A stretch of DNA of 64,000 nt from Squalus acanthias (taxonomy: Eukaryota): assembly GCA_030390025.1 (NCBI GenBank), contig CM059431.1, positions 107,758,001 to 107,822,000 on the forward strand, written 5' to 3'. A program made the position numbers and the translations under genes. Shown one piece after another: positions 24,175-37,095 of the stretch. Every line of letters starts with the position of its first letter. Position 1 is the first letter of the stretch. The notes under the pieces are model-generated. The model made no database searches. It saw nothing but the letters and a program-made list of their open reading frames with translations, and was not told the DNA's origin.

Positions 24175-25803
24175 GGCCGGAATTTTCTGGGAGGTCAGCG
24201 GGCGCGATCAGTGGTGGGTCGGGAAAGTGTTTTTTTTTCCACAGCGGGTCGGGAACCCGTCGCCACACGCCTTTCCCGATGTCAGGTCTGTCAGCGCTGA
24301 ACAGACCCGAGACGCAGCGGCGGGGGACCCAATTCAGGTAATTAGTGGCTTGTTTAGAGCCACTTGAGAATGATTTTCAGCTCACCTTCAGCATTTGACA
24401 GCTCGTCCATGGGGTCCACTCTGGTCATGGACCACATCTGTCAAGCTGAGGCAGGAGTTCAGTGGCCATTGAATCAGCTGTTGAGTTGACAGCTTCAAAT
24501 GTAAAGTAAAAGCTTGCACCTTACAGAAATATCTTCCCTCAGCCACAAACTCTTCCTCACTGCATTTCCACAACAGATTTAAAATGCTGCAAGTCTTTAC
24601 ACAAGTCTCCATCCAGTCTGACCTCATTACCTCTCTCACCATTGACACATCACTTCTGCCATCTATTCCATCAGCATGGGTGTCCTTTGCATTCTCTCAC
24701 CTTGGTCTTCAGAACCCCACCACGATCAGCCCCAACACCAGCAGCACCAGGCACACCAGCAGCACCAACAACAACACCAACCTTCTCCGCAATCACCTGA
24801 TGCTGCACAGGACAGAGGGCATCAGTACCCGACCACATTGCTGCCTGGAAGGCCAGGGATGTCCTCAGCATTGCCAGATTTACTTCACTTGACGCTGTAC
24901 ACCCTGGCTGCCACATGATGCGCCAGGTTGGCACCACCCCACACTAACACCATAAAGCATTCCTACAATGCCAAAGCCATTCCTTTCACCCTCCTTACCA
25001 TTGCGGGAGGTACCGTTATGTCTCACTATTCACTGCAACTCACTAAGCCACTTCCAAAGGTGCACACAAATCTGTCCAAGAACGCCAAGTGTTGAAAATA
25101 AAGGTTTCAATGTTTAACACCACATTAACAGAAACTTTACATGAACATTACATAAAACACCCAAGTGGCTACCCTTGTGTGTTGTTAGTTGGTATGATTG
25201 CACTAGGATGAGGGTGAGTGTGAGGGATGGCTAGTGAGATGGGGAAGTGATAATGTAGATAGAGAGGGATGGGTAGAGGTGCAAGGTAAGTTGGTGTGAG
25301 TAAGGATGTGCAGGAGTAGGGTAGGGAAGGCAGAGTGATGGGGATGTGATGAGTGGCACAGTAGGATGAGGTTGAGTGTGGCTTTGCAGTAACGCTTCGT
25401 GATCTAATGCGAACATTGAAAGGTTTGCGCCACTGCAGCCTGGTCCTCCTGATGACATCCCTGCTTCTGTCCTCCTGTGCAATGTGCAACCAGGCTGCGT
25501 TGATCTCCTGGGGAGGTCTCTTCCGCCCATTGGAAGGGACAAGTACCTCCCTGAGTGCTGTGACTCCCTCCATAAGCATATGGAGGGAGTCATGGGAGAG
25601 CCTTGTGCCGCCCTGCACATCTGTATAGTGCTTGTCAGTGTTTGCAGCATCTAAATGCTGTAGAACACTGACAGCACAAATGTCAAAATCAATTTGCGCA
25701 TGGTCCCTTTAAGGAAACTGGCTGATGACTTCATCAAATGACTTCATCAAACCCGCTTCCTTCAATTGGCTTGCAAACACGCTGGGTGGGCTTAACATGT
25801 CCA
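24175..25803. mobile_element. Non-autonomous Harbinger derivative, one terminus lost
   Basis: TIR GGCCGGAATTTTC, colinear with 41974-43704. Carries the His/Gln ORF 24676-24918 (+) and a Myb fragment at ~25400-25620 (-). Confidence 0.8.
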
Positions 25804-25983
25804 ATCAGGATGAAAGCTTAGTGTCTATCCCAATGCATTTGTTCTCCAAATAATTCTGAACCAAAGAAATTGGTGTGAGTAAGGATGTGCAGGAGTAGGG
25901 TAGGGAAGGCAGAGTGATGGGGATGTGATGAGAGGCACAGCAGGATGAGGTTGACTGCCAAATAATCCAACATGTGTTAGGAT

Positions 25984-26325
25984 TTGGCTTAGGAATTAAT
26001 AACATATGCAGAGATCTGTAAAGCATGAGTGGCATATGAACAGTGAATTATTGGCCAATAATGATGAAGTGGCCAATAATTCATGGTTCATATGCCACTC
26101 CATTTTGGAATATCAAGATTTCATTCATTACCCTCCAGCTTTTGGACAAAGTATCTACAACACCCTAACAGTATTAACCTATACCTTGTGGTTTTCATCA
26201 AGTCAGTTGAGGATTCTAGAGTGCCTGTCATTTGATTCAGGTGCACAACCAACTATTAATCATTTAAACTTCTTCAGAACACATGCTTTACAGACCTCTG
26301 CATATGTTACTAATTCCTAAGCCAA
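25984..26325. repeat. MITE-like element with ~44-bp terminal inverted repeats and an internal hairpin
   Basis: TTGGCTTAGGAATTAATAACATATGCAGAGATCTGTAAAGCATG pairs with CATGCTTTACAGACCTCTGCATATGTTACTAATTCCTAAGCCAA. Confidence 0.75.
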
Positions 26326-26694
26326 TATGACTGGATCTGGAATGTGTCCACAGTCTAGTGTGAAAAATTAATTTAGCACAGCTGCCATTTCCTGATCTCC
26401 CATAATGTTTCTATCCTACGCATTCCTTAAAAGGAGCCACATAACTGAAAAAAATTCTTTGGAAGGAAGGGATATGTAATTTTTGTTTATATAATTGAAA
26501 CTATGTGCTCCTGAATGGCGATTTATGTTTGATTATTTGTCAACCATTGGCACGGGTTTCATTTAATGGAATATGCTGCATTATTTTCCAGATATATTTC
26601 AAACAATTTCCTCAGATGTTACATTGCACCAAGTGAGCACTGAGTAGTTCAATCTCTACAAAGATACTAAGTTAAATAATAAACCAGAACTAGG

Positions 26695-27115
26695 GGCCAT
26701 CAAGGGATATGGGGATCGGGCGGGAAAGTGGAGTTGAGGTGGAAGATCAGCCATGATCTTATTGAATGGCAGAGCAGGCTCGAGGGTCCATATGGCCGAC
26801 TCCTGCTCCTAATTCTTATGTTCTTTTCTTATGTAGTCACCAATATATCCAGTAAAGAATTCAAGAGGAACTTCTTCACCCAGAGAGCGGTGAGAATGAA
26901 GAACTCACTCCCACAAGAAGCAGTTGAGGCAGATAGCATAGATGCATTTAAGGGGAAGCTGGATAAGTGCATGATGGAGAAAGGAATAGAAGGTTATACT
27001 GATCGGGTGAGATAAAGAGGGGTGGTTGGAGGCTCGACTGGAGCATAAACATCAGCATGGATCAGTTGGGCCGAATAGTCTGTTTTTGTGCTGTGTATTC
27101 TTTGTAATTCTATGT
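26695..27115 (+). mobile_element. Two tandem CR1 3' fragments
   Basis: A 3' UTR ending in CTTATGTTC is followed by FKRNFFTQR... and a second UTR. Confidence 0.75.
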
Positions 27116-27217
27116 AAAATGATGTGATAAATTATGACTGACAGAAATTTGGTTAAGGACACATTTACCTCAATGGTTGCTTCTCCTTAAATGCTAGTAT
27201 TTACATGTGTGTGTGTT

Positions 27218-27590
27218 ACATAGAATCATAGAATCAAAAATTTACGGCACAGAAGGAGGACTTTTGGCCCATTGTGTCTGTGCCGGCCAAAAAGAGCTAT
27301 CCAGCCCAATCCCACTTTCCAGCTCTTGGTCCGTAGCCCTGTAGGTTACGGCACTTCAAGTGCATATCCATGTACTTTTTAAATGTGATGAGGGTTCCTG
27401 CCTCTACCACCCTTTCAGGCAGTGAGTTCCAGACCCCCACCACCCTCTGGGTGAAAAAATCTCTCCTCAACTCCCCTCTAATCCTTCTACCAATTACTTT
27501 AAATCTATGGCCCCTGGTTATTGACATCTCTGCTAAGGGAAATAGGTGCTTCCTATCCACTCTAGCTAGGCTCCTCATAATTTTATACAC
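27218..27590 (-). mobile_element. CR1 3' fragment
   Basis: ORF 27297-27590 (TRGHRFK...FFTQRVV) and a CATAGAAT tail. Confidence 0.88.
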
Positions 27591-27699
27591 AGGCTATCAA
27601 CAGCACTATCAAAGTGAAAGAGCTATATCATTACAATTCTGGCACATGAAGAATTCAACGTATATGATAAGAACACAATTGTCTACAATGTTTGATAAC

Positions 27700-30362
27700 C
27701 CACCAGAAGAGGCGGCACAGAGGTATAAGTCGGGAAGGAGTGGCCCTGGGAGTCCTCAACATTGACTCCGGACCCCATGAAGTCTCATGGCTTCAGGTCA
27801 AGCATGGGCAAGGAAACCTCCGGCTGATTACCACCTATCGCCCTCCCTCAGCTGATGAATCAGTACTCCTCCATGTTGAACACCACTTGGAAGAAGCACT
27901 GAGGGTAGCACGGGAACAGAATGTACTCTGGATGGGGGATTTCAATGTACATCACCAAGAGTGGCTCGGTAGCACCACTATTGACCTAGCTGGCCGAGCC
28001 CTGAAGGACATAGCTGCCACACTGGGCCTGCGGCAGGTGGTGAGAGAACCAACACGAGGGAAAAACCTACTCGTCCTCACCAATCTACCTGTCGCAGATG
28101 CATCTGTCCATGACAGCATTGGTAGCAGTGACCACCGCACAGTCTTGTGGAGACGAAGTCCTGCCTTCACACTGAGGACACCCTCCAGCATATTGTGTGA
28201 TACTACCACCATGCTAAATGGGATAGATTCAGAACAGATCTAGCAGCTCAAAACTGGGCATCCATGAGGCACTGTGGGTCATCATCAGCAGCGGAATTGT
28301 ATTCTGCCACAATCTGTAACCTCATGGCCCGGCATATCCCTCACTCTACCATTACCATCAAGCCAGGGGATCAACCCTGGTTCAATGAGGGGTGCAGAAG
28401 AGCATGCCAAGAGCAGCACCAGTCATACCTAAAAATGAGGTGCCAACCTAGGGAAGCTGCAACACAGGACTACATGCACGTTAAACAGCGGAAGCAGCAT
28501 GCTATAGAAAGAGCTAAGCGATCCCACAATCAATGGATCAAATCAAAGCTCTGCAGTCCTGCCACATCCAGTCACATCCAGTCAGAAACAACTAACAGGA
28601 GGAGGGGGCACCATGAATATCCCAATCCTCAATGATGGCAGAGCCCAGCAAGCAAGTGCTAAAGTCAAGGCTGAAGTGTTTGCAACCATCTTCAGACAGA
28701 AGTGCCGAGTGGATGATACATATCGGCCTCCTCCTGAGGTCACCACCATCACAGAAGCCAGTCTTCAGCCAATTCGATTCAATCCACATGATATCAAGAA
28801 ATAGCTCAGCGCACTAGATACAATAAAGGCTATGGGCCCCGACAATATCCCGGCTGTCGTGCTGAAGACTTGTGCTCCAAAACTAGCCGCGCCTCTAGCC
28901 AAGCTGTTCCAGTACAGCTACATCACTGGCATATACCTGACAATGTGGAAAACTGCCCAGGTATGTCCGGTCCACACAAAAAGCAGGACAAATCAAATCC
29001 GGCCAATTACCGCCTACTCTCAATCATCAGCAAAGTGATGGAAGGTTTCGTCGACAGTGCTATCAAGTGGCACTTACTCACCAATAACCCGCTCACTGAT
29101 CCTCAGTTTGGATTCTGCCAGGACCACTCGACCCCAGACCTCATTACAGCCTTGGTCCAAACATGGACAAAAGAGCTGAATTCCAGAGGTGAGGTAAGAG
29201 TGACTGCCCTTGACATCAATGCAGCATTTGACCGAGTGTGGCATCAAGGAGCTCTAGTAAAACTGAAGTCAATGGGAATCAGGTCAAAACTCTCCACTGG
29301 CTGGAGTCATACCTAGCACAAAGGAAGATGGTTGTGGTTGTTGGAGGTCAATCATCTCAGCCCCAGGACATCACTGCAGGAGTTCCTCAGGGCAGTGTCC
29401 TAGGCCCAACCATCTTCAGCTGCTTCATCAATGACCTTCCCTCCATCATAAGGTCAGAAGTAGGGATATTCACTGTTGATTGCACAGTGTTCAGTTCCAT
29501 TCGCAACTCCTCAGATAATGTAGCCATCCATGCCCGCATGCAGCAAGACCTGGACGTCATTCAGGCTTGGGCTGATAAGTGGCAAGAAACATTCGTGCCA
29601 CACAAGTGCCAGGCAATGACTATCTCCAACACACGAGAGTCCAACTACCTCCCCTTGACATTCAACGGTATTACAATCGCCGAATCCCCCACCTTCAATA
29701 TCCTGGGGGTCACCATTAACCATAAACTTAACTGGACCAGCTACATACTGTGGCTACAAGAGCAGATCAGAGGCTGGGTATTCTGTGTCGAATACTGTCC
29801 TGACTCCCCAAAGCCTTTCCACCATCTACAAGGCACAAGTCAGGAGTGTGATGGAGTACTCTCCACTTATCTGGATGAGTGCAGCTCCAGCAACATTCAA
29901 GAAGCTCAACACCATCCAAGACAAAGCAGGCTGCTTGATTGGCACCCCATCCACCACCTTAAAGATTCACTCCCTCCACCACTGGCGTACCGTGGTTGCA
30001 GTGTGTACCATCTACAAGATGCACTGCAGCAATTCACCAAGGCTTCTTCGGCAGCACCTCCCAAACCCACGATGTCTACCACATAGAAGGACAAGGGCAG
30101 CAGGCACATGGGAACAACATCACCTCCAAGTGCCCTCCAATTTGCACACCATCCTGACTTGGAAATATATCGCCGATCCTTCATCGTCGCTGGGTCAAAA
30201 TCCTGGAACTCCCTCCCTAACAGCACTGTGGGAGTACCATCACCACAGGGACTGCAGCGGCCCAAGAAGGCGGCTCACCACCACCTTCTCAAGGGCAATT
30301 AGGGATGGGCAATAAATGCTGGCCTTGCCAGCGACGCCCACATCCTCAGAACGGAATTTTTT
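27700..30362 (+). mobile_element. LINE family B (CR1/L2-group) ORF2 pseudogene, frameshifted
   Basis: APE motifs YRPPS, MGDFN and SDH, RT motifs GPDNIP and GVPQGSVLGPTIFSCFINDL, and a 3' end with AATAAA. Confidence 0.9.
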
Positions 30363-30905
30363 AAAAGCACCTTTAACGCAGTAAAATGTCCCAAGGTGCT
30401 TCACAGGAACGTTACAAAACAAAATTTGACACCGAGCCACATAAGGAGAAATTCGGGCAGGTGACCAAAAGCTTTGTTAAAGAGGTAGGTTTTAAGGAGC
30501 GTCTTAAATGAGGAAAGAGAGGTAGACAGGTAGATATGCAGAGAGGTTTAGGCAGGGAATTCCAGCTCTTAGGACCTAGGCAACTGAAGGTACGGCCACC
30601 AATGGTTGAGCAATTAAAATCAGGGATGCTCAAGAGGCCAGAATTAGAGGAGCACAGATATCTCGGGGGGTTGTGGGGCTGGAAGAGATTACAGAGATAG
30701 GGAGGGGCGAGGCTATGGAGGGATTTGAAAACAAGGATGAAAATTGCAAAATGGAGGCTTTGCTTAACCGGGAGTCAATGTAGGTCAGTGAGCACAGGGG
30801 CGATGGGCGAACGGGACTTGGTGCGAGATAGGACACGGGCAGCCAAGTTTTCGATGACCTCAAGTTTACTTAGGGTAGAACATGGGAGGCCAGCCAGCAG
30901 TGCAT
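30363..30905 (-). mobile_element. L2-type LINE 3' fragment
   Basis: Same repeat, extending into ORF2 C-terminal coding sequence. Confidence 0.85.
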
Positions 30906-31327
30906 AATTTCAGAGCTGGTTCTGCTTCAAGGCAAGTTTAGTCTGTCTACAGACATTACACCATTAATTAGTATGACATTAAATTGTTTATTTTGTAGCT
31001 GAAGTGTATTCTAATGATCCAAGGTAACCTTATATCCTTCAGTCCTGTATCCTGCACTATTAATAATCCAATTATGGGCCAGAGTCTCTCAATGTATTAA
31101 TAGCTTATCCACAAAATGTGTTTCTATATATTGTGTTACTTCAATGGCACAATGAATATAGTAGTAGAATTCTCCTAATGATGCCTAATGATGAGTTCTA
31201 CATGAAAACGAATTGCTTTATTATAAGAAGGCCGTTCTCGTACAGATGCTGACTGAATTGCTCAGTATTTCCAGCACTTTTTGTTTCCATTTCAGATTTC
31301 CAGCGTTTGATTTATTTTAATCTCTGG

Positions 31328-32090
31328 ATGCAGCCACAACTGCAGTCTCAAAACATGGCAAGGACCACATTGCCTGTGGCTGTCAAGGTGACTGTAGCTC
31401 TAAACTTTCATGCGCCTGGCTCCTTCTAGGCTGCTGCTGGAGATGTAAGCAACATTTCGCAGTTTGCAGTGCACTGCTGCATAAGGGAGGTCACTGAGTC
31501 TCTCTTTACAAAGAGAGACAGCTTCATCTCATTCCCTCTTGCCAGAGACAAGCAGATGGAGCAAGCGCGAGGGTTTGCTCGAATCCAGGTTTCCCCATGG
31601 TGCAGAGTGTCATTGACTGCTTTGCATGCACCTCGTGTGAACCTCTGCCATTTTCCTGAACCAAAAGGGATTCCAACTCCCTCAATGTGCAGCTGGTGTG
31701 TGACCACAGGCAGCGCATCATGCAGGTGAATGCCCGTTATCCTGGCAGCAGTCATGATTCCTTCATGCTGTGGCAGTCTTCTGTGTCAGCTGCATTTGAC
31801 CTACCATGGCAAGTCAAAGGCTGGCTACTGGGAAACAAGGGTTATCCACTCATGACATGGCTCATGACTCCAGTCCGGACCGATGCACATGTACACAACT
31901 GGCACACAATAATATCCATGTTGCCACAAGGAACATTAGAGAGCTCACCATCGGCATCCTCGAACAAAGCTTCCACTGTCTGGACCACTTTGGAGGAATC
32001 CTGCAGTACTTAACTGAGCGGGCATCAAGATTGGTGGTAGCATGCTGCATACTACACAACATTGCCACCACCTATCAGGCGAGAGGCTGA
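31328..32090 (+). pseudogene. Harbinger DDE transposase (HARBI1-like)
   Basis: LPVAVKVTVALNF..GSF*, VIDC, VNARYPGSSHDSF, WLLGNKGYP, FHCLD and ACCILHNIA, with stops and frameshifts. An acidic GAG-rich run follows. Confidence 0.9.
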
Positions 32091-32411
32091 GGAGCAGGAG
32101 CAGGAGGAAGAGGAGGAGGAGGAGGAGGAGGAAGTGTAACAGGAAGTGGTGGAACAGGAAGAGGAAGGGAGAATACAATGTCGACAGCGCCTTTCTGCCC
32201 AGGCTCTACGTGATTAAATAGTTCATGAGCGATAACAGTAACCTCAACAACAAATCTCCATTCACCAACAGTCCCACAATCCTTACCTTTCCTCTACACT
32301 AAGCATCACATCGTCCTCTTTCCAACAACACAAAAATAAAAGCCTCCAGAAAATGCACATTCCAATCAAAATTTACAAATTAAATCATGACCTAATGCAA
32401 GGAAAAATATA

Positions 32412-34804
32412 CTACTCACTCTTGTGCATTCCCTTAATGCCTCTCAGTGTGCCTTTGCCTGTCCTAGTGCTGCTACGAGGTGCTTCCCCAGTGGCTGCAG
32501 CATGGGTGGCGGACGGCTGCTGACCTTCAATTGAGGAGACTGCAGATGGCCTTGGAGGGCGACCTCGAACAGCTCTGGGCCTAGAAGGCCCCACTTCAGA
32601 CTGCACCATCGCGGCCTGGGCTGCAGCTGTCTAAGCTGGCTGGCTGACAGGCAACAGCAAGGGCACTGGTGGAGTGGCAGGGGTGGGAGGACGAATGCTG
32701 TCAACCTGAGAGAGGACAGCAGGTTCGTGCTCCACGGTGCCACTGCCACTCTCCCGGGGCAACACCTCAGCAATCCTAGTAATCTGTTGGAGAACAAATT
32801 GATGAATTGCTGTGATGCCCTGGAAGCCCCTCTGAACATTGGTATCCAGAGCCATCCTGGCGACAGTCTGAGCTTCCACTATGGCACTCAGACCTTTGGT
32901 GGAAGCTGCTTGTGCTGCAATGGAGGCTAAGACGTCAGCCATCAGATGCTGCATCATACTGGCTTCCACAGGTGTGCTGATGGAGGTGACCACCCGTTCC
33001 ATGTTGGAAAGGATGGGCTACAAGCTCTGCGCAAAGCCCTGTGCCAAATTGGTGATGGACTTCGCCATGCTCCTTGACGTGAGCGCTGGCTTTCTGGCAG
33101 GCTTTCCCGTACACCAGGCATTTGGGTGTGTTTACCCATCAGCCTTCTTCTGTAGCCTGGCCCTCTGACTCCTCTGCACCAGAACTAGTGTGTGACCTCA
33201 CCCTCCGGTGAGCTGGCACCTGCGCTATCCTTTCCCCTGCCCTGGCTCCTGCGCAATTGTGCTCGGTGTTTCACCATTGCTTCAGTGCCACCAGTGGCTA
33301 CCGCCTCAGCAATGCCCCTTCCTATGATGGCCAGCACTGTCTCCTCCACGGGGAGTTAAAGCACGCAGGTGCGCTTGTCCCCTTCCAGTTCTTTGCTGCT
33401 GCCTGCTGTTATGCACCACATTCTCCTGCAAGAAAGAGGGAAGTGTGTCAGTGAGTGTCCTGCAATCTGTTAGGGTGTTGTGGCTGTCATGATTGAATAG
33501 CTGCCAGTGTGCGCGAGCTGTGAGTTGTGGGTGTGAGGCTTGCAACAGTGTTAAGTATGTAAGGGTGAGATAAAGCATATGAATGTTAGGGTTGAGTCCT
33601 GATTGATAGAGTTTGTTGGTAGCTGAGTGATGGGGCTGTAGTGTATTGAGCAGTGGATGAGGCTATTGGTGCAGTTGGTAGGATATGCCATTTGATTATG
33701 AACTCACTCACCTTGACAACTTGTGTGAGATCATTAAACTTCTTCCTGCACTGCATGCATGGCTTTGACATCCACCACTATTTCTTTCCACTGTCTCCTG
33801 AGCATGTATCTGGAGAGCTTCCTGCCCCCTTGTGAATGCAGGACATCTCTGCTCCATTCCACCTCTTCCACCAAGGCCTCCAGCGCAGGGATATAGATAG
33901 ACTAAGTGAGTGGGCAGTAAGGTGGCAGATGGAGTATAATGTGGGGAAATGTAAGGTTATTCACTTTGGTAGGAAGAACAGAAAAACAGAATATTTTTTA
34001 AATGGTGAGAAACTTTCAAATGTTGGTGTTCAGAGAGGTTTGAGTTTCCTTGTGCAAGAAACACAGAAAGCTAGCATGCAGGTACAGCAAGTAATAAGGA
34101 AGGCAAATGGGATGTTGGCCTTTATTGCAAGGGGCTTGGAGTATAAGAGTAAGGAAGTCTTACTACAACTGTACAGGGCCTTGGTGAGACCACACCTGGA
34201 GTACTGTGCACAGTTTTGGTCTCCTTATCTAAGGAAGGATATACTTGCCTTGGAGGCGGTGCAACGAAGGTTCACTAGATTGATTCCTGGGATGAGAGGA
34301 CTGTCCTATAATGAGAGATTGAGTAGAATGGGCCTATACTCTCGTGAGTTTAGAAGAATGAGAGGCGATCTCATTGAAACACACAAGATTCTGAAGGGGA
34401 TTGACAGGGTAGATGCTGAGAGGTTGTTTCCCCTGGCTGGTGTGTCTAGAACTAGGGGGCATAGTCTCAGGATAAGGGGTAGACCATTTAAGACTGAGAT
34501 GAGGAGGAATTTCTTCACTCAGAGGGTTGTGAATCTTTGGAATTCTCTGCCCCAGAGGGCTGTGAATGCTGAGTCTTTGAGTATATTCAAGGCTGAGATA
34601 GATAGATTTTTTGACTCTAGGGGAATCAAGGGATATGGAGATCGAGCGGGAAAGTGGAGTTGAGGTCGATGATCAGCCATGACCTTATTGACTGGCAGAG
34701 CAGGCTTGAGGGGCCGTATGGCCTACTCCTGCTCTTCTTTCTTATGTTTTTATGTTCTTATTATCAGAAAACGTTGTTACAGGCGCTCTACAATATTCAG
34801 CCAT
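32412..34804 (-). pseudogene. Harbinger Myb/SANT-like gene with an intron, split by a CR1
   Basis: ATG at 34804 gives MAEYCRAPVTTFSDN|CR1|ALEALVEEV...QCRKKFNDLTQVVK. Donor GTGAGT at 33711, acceptor TTGCAG at 33426, then HNSRQQQRTGRG. Stop at 32412. Confidence 0.8.
33887..34759 (+). mobile_element. CR1 3' fragment inserted in the Harbinger Myb exon
   Basis: RT C-terminal ORF running to 34663, followed by a TTATGTT tail. Confidence 0.92.
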
Positions 34805-35384
34805 TGTTCAATCTTTGACAGCACAGATTCAGCTCACAAATGCATTGTACCTCCCCTTTAAGAGGTGCAGGCTGCCTTTAAGTTGTGCTAGCCACTCGCG
34901 ATATCGGGCCCCCTGCTGATGCGTGCAGCCAATGAACAGCGCGGGTAGCGCTGGCTGCACGCAGCAATCATTGAAAACAGCAGGCAGCATGAATTTACCG
35001 TGCTGCCTGTATTGCAATGAATGGGCGCAGGTTAATTGCGCACCACGATCCCTGCTGCCATTTTCAGGTCGTATCCAAGTTCTTCCCCCCTAATTTTATG
35101 TCATTGCCAACAGATTTTAAATAAAGAGTAAAGTAGTTGTAGTTCTTTACCTGTTTTACTGTATTTCTTTATTTTAGCCCTATCACATTTCCCTAATTGG
35201 GAAAGTAAACCAGCAACCTGCCCTTAGCCACTGTTAATGTTATTTTGCTATTGATCCAGTCAGTAGGAGGTGTTTAGATGGGGAGAGCAGCTCAGACTTA
35301 ATCAGTCTCTGGTTCTCAATCCCTGCTGTGAGATTCCTAGTAGTCACTCACTTGTCTAGTAAAGATTGCGAACTTGCCATGTGT

Positions 35385-35806
35385 TTTTTTTTTTTCGTTG
35401 ACATCACCGACAAGGTCAGCATTTATTGCCCATCCCTAATTGCCCTCGAGAAGGTGATGGTGGGCCGCCTTCTTGAATACAACTGAGTGGCTTGCTCGGC
35501 CATTTCAGAGGGCAGTTAAGAGTCAACCACATTGCTGTGGGTCTGGAGTCACATATAGGTCAGACTAGGTAAGGACGGCAGATTTCCTTCCCTAAAGGGA
35601 CATTAGTGAACCAGATGGGTTGTTACGACAATCCAGTAGTTGCATGGTCACCATTACTGATACTAACTTTTTATTTCAGATTTATTTAATTATTTGAATT
35701 TAAATTCCCCAGCTGCTGTGGTAGGATTTGAACTCACGTCTCCAGATCATTAGTCCAGGCCTCTGGATTACTAGTCCAGTAACATAACCACTCTGGTACC
35801 GTACCC
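35385..35806 (-). mobile_element. tRNA-derived SINE with the family-B LINE tail
   Basis: Full-length match to 11540-11945. Confidence 0.8.
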
Positions 35807-36004
35807 TATATATCTATCAATCACAGCCATTAAACATTCATTCTATGAAAACTAGTACTGTAATAGCAGTAGAACCTGTAGCAGCTATTGGGGTTCTGTC
35901 ACATATTGGCAGCAACTGTGTTCAACTAAGTTAAGCTTAGTGTGTACAATAGGCAGGTTCCCCTTTGGCCTTAGGCAAGACAGCAGCAGAATGCTATGAC
36001 TGAG

Positions 36005-36432
36005 GTGTTGCATAGACTAGGCTTGTATTCCCTTGAGTATAGAAGATTAAGGAGTGATGCAATTGAATTTTTTAAGATGATTAAAGGATTTGATAGGGTA
36101 GATAGAGAGAAACTATTTCCTCTGGTGGGGGAGTCCAGAACAAGGGGGCAGAACCTTAAAATTAGAGCCAGGCCGTTCAGGAGTGATGTCAGGAAGCACT
36201 TCTTCACACAAAGGGTAGCGGAACTCTGGAACTCTCTCCCCAAAAAAGCTGTTGAGGCTGGGGGTCAATTGAAAATCTCAAAACTGAGATTGTTAGATTT
36301 TTGTTAAAGATAAGGGTATTAAGGGTTACGGAACCAAGGTGGGTAAATGGAGTTAAGATACAGATCAACCATGATCTAATTGAATGGCAGAAAACAGGTT
36401 CGAGGGGCTGAATGGCCTCCTCCTGTTCCTAT
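36005..36432 (+). mobile_element. CR1 3' fragment
   Basis: LGLYSLEYRRLR...FFTQRVAELWNSLP. Confidence 0.85.
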
Positions 36433-37095
36433 ATATGCATAGGGAGGTGAAGGCATGTAAACTGAAGTCATGAAGATAGAGATTAAAAGAGAAAGTGTAC
36501 AATGTTACTGGCGAATAAACAAGAAAATTGAGCTCTATGTACAAGAGAGGCTGGAAGATTTCTCCCTACTCCTCTGAAAATTCAAAAAGTTGACTTATCA
36601 TGGCCTCTTCTGGCTGCTCTGCTGCCTCCCGCTAGTTTTTCCTGGTAGCTCTGACACCGGGCACGCCTCCCCGAGTCTTGGTAAAAATTACCTTGCGGCA
36701 CTGATGACATCACGGGCCGTGACGTTGACATTTAAATTAGGCCCTCGCTTGCCTGCAGCGGGAGCCTCGACCCACTTCAAAGTCGGTGAAGGTAAGATGG
36801 TGCCGGGCGGGAATAGAGCAACCTGAGGCTGGTAAGTGAACTCGGCCTGATCTTAACCCTTCCCACACACCATTCTCACAGGGCGAGAGGGCTTAAAATC
36901 GACCACAATGTGTTATTTCTAGCAATTAGATGTCACCAATGCCTATTATCAGTTCGAAATGATGCAGATTACAAAGTTACATCCATCAAGAGTTATAGAT
37001 TAGCAAGGTCCTATCTTCCTGCTTGGCTTAACTATATTTAACAACTGTATTTTGCTTTGTTTCAGACACATGCTCTGTTGAAATGTTAATGAGCC

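Larger units (their letters stand above)
31328..35090. mobile_element. PIF/Harbinger DNA transposon with two convergent genes, decayed, left end missing
   Basis: A HARBI1-like nuclease on + and a spliced Myb/SANT gene on -, with a TIR-like end near 35090. Confidence 0.85.

Noticed and set aside
32085..32175. GAG-rich microsatellite
   Set aside because: It is explained as the acidic tail region of the Harbinger transposase.
33836..34663. 275-aa ORF as a host gene
   Set aside because: It is a CR1 RT C-terminus with a short N-terminus borrowed from antisense Harbinger sequence.
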